Source: Raillietiella orientalis (taxonomy: Eukaryota). Taken from it: a stretch of 64,000 nucleotides of DNA. Location of the stretch: positions 744,001 to 808,000 of the forward strand of contig JAYWIR010000051.1 of assembly GCA_036172245.1 (NCBI GenBank), given 5' to 3'. Positions 33,450-43,237 of the stretch are shown in pieces (the stretch's first letter is position 1; the number at the start of each line of letters is the position of its first letter). The translations under genes were made by a program, and so were the position numbers. The notes under the pieces are model-generated. The model ran no database searches. It worked only from the letters and a program-made list of their open reading frames with translations, and was not told the DNA's origin.

Positions 33450-34500
33450 TATTCGTTCTCTCTCTTCTCTCCGAGGAAAGGTATGGTGGTGGAGGGGAAG
33501 GACGAACCGCGGAAGATGAGTACGGTGGATTTGCGAACAACTCTCCTCTTCTGCGGAGTCTGCTGTCGAAGTTTCTGTAGGAGCTGACCTGCAGTCGCCG
33601 CGGATACCCCTCGAGGGCGCGCGCACGTTCTCCCTGGAGCTCTAGAAAGGGGAGGAGGAACCTACTGCTTAACTGCGTGGGAGTGTCTTCTCTCGATTGT
33701 CGTCGGAACAACGGACCGGTCTTCGGGCCGAGTTCGCCCGCAAGGCGTCGCCTCTGCCGCTCCCTTCGTCCGAAGGAAATGCCCCGCGGAGGGGGCAAAC
33801 GTTCAGGGTGACCCTTCGGCTCGTCTCCTCGCTCGGGTTGGTTCTCGCGCACCAGCGGCCGCGCTACCATCCTTCCATGCCACTACGCGGCCTAAGGCCA
33901 ACCAACCAGACTCCCAACGCAACGAAATCAGGCAAGCCCTCCCACCAGCAGTTCTCCTGACACGTCCCCTCCCTCTTTCTCCTCCTCCTCTCCCCCTCCC
34001 CTACCTTCTTTCCAGGTCCTTTCCCGGCATGCCTGAGAATAGGCGAGGAATGCGTCCTCGGCTGTTCTCCGGCGTCTAAGGAGTCAGCAGACGGTGCTGT
34101 AGGCCAGCTCTCGACCACAACCGGCAGTAAAAAGAGCTGCTGCGAGTATTCTAACCGACGGGACGGTCAACGTCACTGCTGACCGTCCCATCGGCTGAAG
34201 CTGCACACCACTGCCACGATCGAGCACTTTGAGGAACTCTGGGAGCCATAGGCACAGGCACCGGCGCTTCCAGTCCTCTTGGGCCCAGGCTGAGAACCAA
34301 GAAAAGTTCGTTCCCTGACCCATCCGAGATCCGCTATTCCTTGTTTTTCTTTTTTTGATTCTGAGTGGCTAATTTTCCTGTCGCAGCGGTGAAGCTTCTT
34401 GTCAAAAGGAGCGCTCGGGCTCGCTACCGGCGTTTGTGTACGCACGCTCTCAGGGTTTCCCATGCGAGCGTCTCGTCTCATCTTTGCCTTGGTTGGCTTC
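33450..34500 (+). mobile_element. Possible decayed non-LTR RT relic
   Basis: GKDEPRKMSTVDLRTTLL, GLRAEFARKAS and a frameshifted GMRP/GCSP (cf. GVRQGCPLSP) near 34050. Confidence 0.3.
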
Positions 34501-35429
34501 CTTGGTAAATCGTATACACAACCCTGGTCCCTCAGAGGACGGTGAAAGCAGTTGCGAGGATTCTTGCGGATCGAGAAGAGCAAACTTTTCGGTAATATCG
34601 GACGCCTTTCAGCTCTCATATACCGAGATCAGGATGTGATGCTCCCCGACTTCTGGTTCCTGCTCTGCATCCTTCAGTGTACCAGAATTCATTAATTTTC
34701 GATCCATGAACCATTCGCATCTTACGCATTGGGGCTTCACTCCGCGAGATCATCGCACTCAGATTTTCCTCTGTTTCCCAACGGTTTTACTCCTGGTTCG
34801 GATTTTCATCAGACTTCTTCGACTCTCCGTAACAAGTGTAATAATCCTTTTAACCGACCCGAAAAAATTTTTTTTCCCCTATTCGGATGGTAGGCATGAT
34901 GTGGCACTACACGAAACATGGCCTTCCGCACAATGCGGTAACGATCCCTGAATGACCCGTTTCTTTCCATTTGAATGCACCCGTGCTAAATTTTCCGTAA
35001 AACTTCCGATACAGACGGCATGCGAGGCTGGAGCCTCCAGGCTTCAAGTTTAGGGACTGCTTGCTGTGTCATTCGCAACTGAATTTCGCCAGTCAGTTTT
35101 ATTCATCGAGTCTGCTCGTCAGTAAATAAATGTGCTGTCGGTCTCCGATGAATAAATACATTTCTGATTTGTGTTGCTAACGCAGTTGTGGTTGAAGGTA
35201 TTCATCTTCAACCTCCGAAAGAAAGTAAAAGTTGTACAAGCGAGAAGCATTCGGGTGTCTCCAGTGATTTCTCCAGTTTCCGAGTCGATGGGAAACTTTG
35301 CATCCGTCACGATTGCTATTGAGGTTACGGAGTTTCCAGTTTCGGAATCAGGACATCAACACGCTCATCCAGCCACCCTGGGTGTCTGCTCGGGAAGTTT
35401 CGCACATCGGCTTTCACGCATCCTCCATG

Positions 35430-35465
35430 CTCTCTCTCTCTCACTCTCTCTCGCTCTCTCTCTCT
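35430..35465. repeat. Imperfect (CT)n microsatellite
   Basis: ctctctctctctcactctctctcgctctctctctct seen directly. Confidence 0.9.
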
Positions 35466-36603
35466 GATCTTACGTGATTTCGCCTGGTGCCAATTATAGA
35501 ATTTCACTTCCGTGTTCCATGAAGCAAGAAGCATACTGAACCAGATCAGTGTCAACCTAACGGGCTTTGACCAACACTCACGGAAATACTCAAGTCCAAA
35601 TCAGTCCGTTTTGCGTTGCTCGTAGCCTCTGCCAATTAATAGTAAGGATTAATAATTGAGGAGTCTGTTTTCATACAGAACGAAAAATCGCATCAAAAGT
35701 TGTTCGAATGGTGGCTGCACCCATAAATCCACAAAATGTATTTTTGCTTTGCAGAGAATTCAGAATAATCTTCAACTGTAGATTCCCACAAGGAACCTTT
35801 TTTTGTTTGTTGTTTTTCTCTTTCGAAGAAAAAAAAAAAAAAACCTTAGAGAACGTCTCATTTTCATGGAATTCTGCTGCTTATCCGCCCTAATTTCCCG
35901 TCCTCGTTGCAAAACTTTCGTGACCCTATTATGAAAAGATTGATAGAAACAAATGCATTTCAGCGCCACATTTAATCTGTATCTATATCAAAAAAACTAA
36001 CTAAAGCAACTAATCCATGATTGAAGGAAGTAATCCATCACCCAATAAAACCATTACTAACACTGTAGTTTGCTCTGTGTTTTAGTTAAATTTTAAATAG
36101 CAAACGCTGTAGTTTGTTTCCTAACAACTGTTGACCTTTGATGACAACTGGAAGGTTTTTTTTTTTTTTTTTGCTTTGCTCCTCGATCACATTTCAAGTT
36201 CTTCCACATTTCCTTAACGACGAACGAGATGGTGGAAAGGATTGTATTTTTTTGTTTGGAAATTTTTCATCTGGGAATGAAAGTAATGCGAGAAAAAAAT
36301 ACATTGGTGCAACAAATTCATTCGATGGTGGTGAATATATTATTTATCTCACATTCTGCATCATTACATTACATTGCTGCATCGGAATTTTTGCCGTGCA
36401 GTCCCAGTCATCGGGCCCACAGCCAGTTCATGCACCGTATGCCTGTTCTGCTCTGAATGCACACTGAAGGCTCATGTAGTGCGAGAAGACACCAAATACT
36501 TTTGCAGTTTGGGTTGCGAATTCAGAGTTCAAATGTTCCTCAAAAGTTTTGGGAAGTATTCGAGATCTTTGCAGTGCAGAGGAAGAGCCAACTTTTGTGC
36601 ATT

Positions 36604-39600
36604 ATGAATCATCTGTATCTTTGCCTCGGCACCGTTGTATTCGCGGCAAATTGGTTGGGCTCATTTTCGGATGGTAATTTGATCTCTTTTGCACATTTTT
36701 GTCCCCACAGTGTGACCTCCTGTTCTGTTGAGTGTGATTGTTCCCCGGGAATGCGGATGGCAGCGAGGGATGTGCTCTTGGGCCCAGCTGTGCTTTATTT
36801 ACTTATTTGTGTGTTTGTTTTTATTTTTTTGCGTTGCCGAGCATTTTTCTGGTGATCGGATGCGGTCGCCGGGGTTTCCTGTCTGTGGCCGTGGATGCAC
36901 GTTTCCCGTTCCGCGGCCCGGGTTTCGGATTGCGACGCAGAGCGCGTCTCGCGGCCGGCCTCCCGGTGGAAATCTTGCAATCCGACGGAACCCCGCCGTG
37001 ACTCGCCTGGTCAGGTCGCCCCCTCGTTTCGAAGTGGTGTTTGCAATTCGCACCAACTCCCCGGGGGGCAACCGTGAGCAGGCGGTGCCAGTGGCGGAAG
37101 CGTCCAGGAGATGGTTGACTGCGGCCGCAAGGGCGCCTTTGCCGTTCGGCCGCCAGTTTTCCAATTCACACAACGATGCACGGGTGAACGCGGTTGTGCA
37201 TCGTCACGTCACGTCACGTCACGCTCTTTGTACCGTCAAGCCCGTGATCTTAGTCAGGCCCATTTGCCAAGTTTCGCGCGCCCGCTCGGCCCTACACGCG
37301 CCGGCATCCCTTTACGCGCGCAGGGTGTCTTTATTGTCTCAGAATTATGTTCTGCCATATGAAAAAAGAAAAAAGTAGAGAGAGCATACGAATCGGAAAG
37401 CACTTTAAAGAATGCTTGTTGACATACACGTTTTCCAGGAATGGTATCCATTCGCTACGCCCTCTAAATAATACTACTGAAAGCTCACCCAATTTTTCGT
37501 TTTCCTTTAGATTTGTTAGTTTATACTGTAGCAACAGAATCGACGGATGGCTATAAGCGTTTCATTCGTTCTGCGTTGGAGTATGGAATCTCCGTGCAGG
37601 TGTGCCTTCAGAAATGTTTTTAAAACTTGAAATTTCATTTGATATATTTGAAAGACCCTCGGGATGGGTGAAGAATGGAAGGGTGGCAATGTCAAGAAAC
37701 TGTCTGGGGGCGGTCACAAAGTCAATCTGTTGAAAAAAGCCGTTGCTAGCCTTCCTGAGGTCGAAAATCAGCTGCTTCTGTTCACAGATAGGTAAGAATG
37801 TGCTTGCATACCAGCTTATCGTCCACCTAGTTATGATGTAATCTTCACTGGCACTGCAAATCAGATAGTTAGAGCCTTCAAAAGCTTTAATGCTAGAATA
37901 GTGTTCTCAGCAGAAGCTTTCTGTTGGCCTGATGCAACTCTTGAGAGCAAGTACCCAGAAGTTGCCAAAGGAAAGAGATTCTTGAATTCTGGTGGTAACT
38001 AATTGCAAGTTCTGAAGAAGCCTCTTAGCTTGAATGAGTTTAGGATTTTTAAGTTATGCTGCAGACTTGAAGAAATTATTAGAATGGCGTTCCATTGAAG
38101 ATTCTGATGATGATCAGCTATTTTACACACAGGCATATCTGGATCCTGAGCTACGTCAGAAACTGCAGATGACACTAGATCACACTTCCCTGATTTTTCA
38201 AACCCTGAATGGTGCAAGTGGTAAGAAAGTTAGGATTGTGCATATTTCTTTCATCATATTGTTGCAGCTGATGTTGAGCTGCAATTTCATGGCCAGGAGG
38301 CATACCTCCAAAATGTAGCTTATGCTACAGTGCCACTTCTGATTCATGGCAATGGTCACTCTAAAGGACTTTTGAATACCTTTGGCAATTACCTTGCTAA
38401 TTCCTGGAATCCTGAACAGGGTTGTGTGGCATGCTTAGAAGGGCAGTTTAGTTTGGCTGACCTGCCCCAATTGCCAAGGGTTACACTTGCAGTGTTCATT
38501 GAACAGGATACACCTTTTTTTGAGGAGTTTCTGGAAAAACTAATCGCCCTTGAATATCCAAAAGATCTCATTGATCTTCTGCTGCACAATATGGTTCGTT
38601 GACTTTCTGACAGTTTCTGTAATTATGTGTTTCCAGTCAGCTTACCATGCACAGCATCTACAGGCATTCCTCAGCAGCCATGAGAAAATGTACAAAAGCA
38701 TTTCTTGGCTTCCTGGCAAAGAGTGGCATGCACGTAATGCAGCCTTGTAAGTGACCAGAAGCAGTGTAATCTAAGCTATGTTTGCCATCAGGGATCACTG
38801 TCATAGCACGCATTGTGAATATTACTTTAGCGTGGATGCAACTGCCCATCTGGATGACCCTTACACATTGAGGGCACTAATTGAACAGAATCGAACGGTG
38901 ATAGCTCCGTTACTTATACGCCCGTACTCTGCATGGTCCAATTTTTGGGGTGCCTTGACTCGTGATGGATTTTATTCACGTTCAGCCGATTATATGGATA
39001 TCGTAAATGGTAAACGACGGTAAGATGTTCTTAGTCGAAGTCGATTGCGTAATCCGTGCGGAAGAGGCGACGGTCGACGGCGTATTTGTTATCTGCTACA
39101 CATTCGTACAACCCAGCATCCATCTGCGTTGCCGGATCAATTTCCATCTTGGATCGTATGCGGTCTATTCCTGTTTTCCATTCGTGCACCTACGCTGCGC
39201 TGTGCCGGGACCATCCATTTTTGCTTATCGTCATACCCGAAAAAAGTTGTGAGCGTACAACTCGATGCCGTCTTTGAGCCAGGTTATGTACGGACGGGGA
39301 TCTCCAACTGCGTCGCACAGAAACACGATCTTCCTCCCCAGCACGTATTCCGATTCGAAGTGGGATGCCATGATGATTTTCGCACCCTGCAAAATGATTT
39401 TTTCTTTTTTTTGCCTCCCCCAGGAGGTTCTTTACTTCGCCACGCAGCACGAGGTCGTGCAAGCAGCGGAGCAGAAAGTGGGAGTTTTCGGGGAATCTCT
39501 GGAAATCCCAGACTGGGGGAAGTCGGGTGTTTTATTTTGATAGTGGTGGTTCGCGGCGAGAAAAACACACAAAAAAACAAAAGAACCTCGTGAGGTTTTG

Positions 39601-42600
39601 CGGATTCTCCTCCTCCCCTTTCTTTTCCTCCCTCCTCCCGCTCCCCCCAACTCTCCCTCATTTCTTGGGGTTGGGGCAGGGTCACCCCTCCTCCCATGCC
39701 CCCTTCCCCCCCTCCCACATCCACACCCGAACCACTGTCTTACCCTTGGATTCTGGTAATACTGAGTGCTCTCAGCGTTCAGGATAAGCGTTCCTGGCAT
39801 CTTGCTGAAAGTTTTGCTGCCTCTTCCTCTCATACCCCTCCTCGGAGCTCCCTCAGCTAAAGTTAGGATAAACAGTATGCAGATGCTGGTGGTCTTCATG
39901 TTTCCTCTTGCATTGCAGGCTCTCCTTCCTCATGCGCGCGTTGCACGCGAAGGGTTCGGTCCGCTCGCGGGCTGAAGGGAGACTTAGAAGGACCGGCTGA
40001 TTCATCTTCCCGGAGATATACGGGCGCGCAGATCGAATGTTCTCCGGATTTCGGCGTGCCTGGAGATCCGCGTTCCTCCCGCGATCAAATGCGAAAAACG
40101 AAGCAAAACGAAAAAATCAAGCCGATGCGGTGCGGCAGATGGGAAGGGAGGTGCGAACTGACGGTCCCCGTGGCTGCCCCACTTAATCTCCTGCGTGATT
40201 CCGAAGCCGATCTTGAGGGAGCGAACCACGCAAGACGAAGCCCCGGTGGCGAGACTGACGTTTTTCTCGTGAACAGTGGCACCCCATCCACCCACCCACC
40301 CACCTGCGCGCCATTTTCCGTTGCATGCAGATTCTTTCCCTGGGTTCACCCCGGACAACCTACAGCTTCCTCCGCGTCGAAATGATTTCTCGTTGCGCAG
40401 GTCCCGCCTCACGGTGCGGATCGCACGAAGGGATGGAGAATCGACGCGGCTTTCGCGTGGCCTGGGTGCACTGTGGGTGGGAGAAATGGCGGGGAAGGGG
40501 GAGAGGCAATGACGGCTTGCTTTCGTCTATCTGTAGAGGGGATCGGGCATTTCATGACCGCCGTTGCTCCAGGGAGAGAGCTCTGCTGCTGCACCCGAAA
40601 CAGCAGGTGCTTGTGCAAGACCTCCCTCGCCACTCTGGAGAGGTTCTCCCAAAAATGAGCGAAGAGGGCGATGTCGTTCCCACCATCGTCGCCCCCAGCC
40701 GTCATCGCGCTCTTGCGGCCCGGCGCTTTCTCTGGTGCCCTTCTGTCTGTCTGTCTCCGGATGTTCGCTCAGCGAAGGGGAATTTCGTTCCCGTCCTTCC
40801 TTTGGCGAAGCCTGTGGCCGACGCTACCCGGCCAGGAAGCGCACCCTCTAGCACTTTGCTACCTTGGCGAGGGCCGTAGCACCAGCGGGAGGGATGAAGG
40901 CTTTCCTCTGACGCGGCCGAGTGCCCTTGCGCGCCCTCCGAACGATCGGGTGACTCTCCCGAGACGCGGACGCCCGGATCCTCCCGCTGATTCGATCTTC
41001 TTCCTCGAGTTTGGGGTGGGTTTCGCTTCCGGACCACCGAAGACGCCGCGGATCGTGGGGTAGGACCTGCAACGCGACGCTCCCCGGTTCGGGGAGCGTC
41101 ACATGATACCCGGATGTACCCGTGATACCACGGATGCATGTGTGCGTGCATGACGTAGGGAATGCTGGGATGCAGCGTTATGGTGCTCCTCACGGTCTTG
41201 ATGCGGAGAGGAGCGGAAGGACCCTTCCGGGTGGCATCCAGCCAATCCTTCCAGGTGCCAAGGACGGGTTGCCCTGAGGAACTTTTCGCCAAGCCGCGCG
41301 ACAGCATGTGCGAGTTTGATCCTGAGCTTACAGTACAGTTGCGTTACCTCTCGCGAACTGTACGCGAGTTTTCGAGAAACACTGCATCTTAATGTCAGTC
41401 TAACAGGAGGCTTTTTTCTTCTTCTTTTGAAAACTCGTACCGAAGAGCTTAGGGCGTCGAAGTCCCGGGATCGATCGGGGTGCGGCACCAGGTGTAGCTC
41501 CGAGGCTTCGTTGTCATAAGTGCCTAGTTACTTTAGAGGGAGCTATCTCTGCAAGAAACGAATTTGCCTTGAGGGAGGAGACATCCGGCATGTTTTCTTG
41601 CGGAAGCATGCATGGGTTCTGAGGCTTGGTGTCAGGCTTTGCTTTCACATTCCGGAGTGTCGGAGCATCCGCAACACCCAGCGTACTCTTTGATCTGAGG
41701 TGGCCGTCCCTGGCAGCAAGCGAGAAGCGACCGTCCTCGGAACTTGAAGGCTTCGAAAGCTTCCGACCTGAGGCGACGCCCCACCTGCACGGCAGAGGGG
41801 AACGGTCGCGAACGCGTCGGATGCTCGAATGCAGATTCCGAGGCCGCATCCCTGGAGTCTTTGGTTTCAGCTTCTGTCCCCTCTAGGGGTGTGTGGAACG
41901 TGCCGTTCATGTCGGGCGCCTACCTGATCCGAGGGCATCTGCTGTGGAGCGAGAAGAAGAAGGCTTTCAACTTCATCAGCAACCTCCTGGATGCAGACAT
42001 GGCGTTTTGCCAGAACCTGCGGGACAGCGTAAGCCTCGCCTCGCGGAAGCTTCCTCGACCCCTCCCCGCCGCCTCTTCCCGCGCAACAGGACATCTTCAT
42101 GTACGTGACCAATCTCAGAGTCTTCGGCCACCTCGTCGACCCCGTGGGATTCGAGACGAACCACCTGCACAACGAGTTGTACGAGATCAAGAACCAGTGG
42201 GACTGGGAGCAGCGCTACCTCCATTCCAACTACTCCCAGATCCTGTCGGGCCGTGTGCCGGTTGAGCAGGCAAGTCCCCGCGCGTTTTCCTCTCCCCATC
42301 CGGACCTTGCAGGAGCGCCGCCATCCCCACACCAGCCGTGTCCGGACGTGTTCTGGTTCCCCTTCGTCAGCGAGCGCTTCGCGGCGGAGCTGATCGAGGA
42401 GATGGAGAATTTCGGGAGGTGGTCCGACGGATCGAATCACGTACGGCACTTCCCGGCCCGAGTGGCCTCTGACGAGCAGCCCCTCTTACCTGCGTGTGCT
42501 CTTTTTCCTTTCCCCCCCAGGACACGCGGCTGGAAGGCGGCTACGAGAACGTGCCCACTCGCGACATCCATTTCAAGCAGATCGGGATGGAAAGTCAGTT

Positions 42601-43059
42601 CCTGCACATGCTGAAGCTGTACATACAGCCCGTGCAAGAGAGGGTGTACCAAGGATACTCGAATGACGTAACACGAGCGTGCGCGTTGGACGTCCGTTCC
42701 TCCATCTCCCCTCTCTTGCAGCCTCCCCATGCCGTCATGAACTTCGTGGTCCGCTATCGTCCGGACGAGCAGCCGTCCCTGCGGCCGCATCACGACTCGT
42801 CGACGTACACCATCAACGTGGCCTTGAACCGCGCCCACGTGGACTACGAGGTTGGATGGGGTCCAGGGCGCTCGTTTCGTTCACCCGGCCGTGCATCCTT
42901 CAGGGTGGAGGCTGTCGGTTCATCCGCTACAACTGCAGCGTGGTGGACACCCGCGTGGGCTGGGCGATGATGAGTCCCGGACGTCTGACCCACTACCACG
43001 AGGGGCTGCCGGTCATCAGTGGGACTCGCTACATCATGGTTTCTTTCGTGGATCCCTGA
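36604..43059 (+). CDS. PLOD: Procollagen-lysine,2-oxoglutarate 5-dioxygenase (multifunctional lysyl hydroxylase/glycosyltransferase), ~14 exons
   Basis: Putative signal exon 36604-36673 ([23 protein letters not shown], less certain). Then [110 protein letters not shown] and [20 protein letters not shown]. Large intron at 39020-41886. Confidence 0.96.
40550..41700 (+). mobile_element. Decayed non-LTR RT relic inside the 2.87-kb PLOD intron
   Basis: [10 protein letters not shown]...WCPSVCL (cf. WKea.VVPi.K...YRPISL) and [18 protein letters not shown] (cf. v....S..f.v.tGVPQ). Confidence 0.45.
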
Positions 43060-43064
43060 AGATA

Positions 43065-43070
43065 AATAAA
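43065..43070 (+). promoter_or_regulatory. Putative polyadenylation signal of PLOD
   Basis: AATAAA 5 nt after the PLOD stop codon. Confidence 0.65.
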
Positions 43071-43237
43071 ACGGAAAGAGAAAAAGAAAAGGAAGAGAAA
43101 GGGGGAAGGGGGGGGAAGGGATCCACGGATACCCCGCTTCCGGTTCTTTCGCGGAAGGTGGGAGCTGCGCGCACGCGTACCACCTAGAAGCCCCCCTTCG
43201 TTTTCTCGCTGATTTTTTGGTCAACTCTGGCCCGCAG

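Noticed and set aside
36751..36855. Hydrophobic short ORF ([22 protein letters not shown]...) as the PLOD signal exon
   Set aside because: It has no phase-compatible donor; the hydrophobicity comes from T-rich intronic sequence, and exon 36604-36673 fits the phase.
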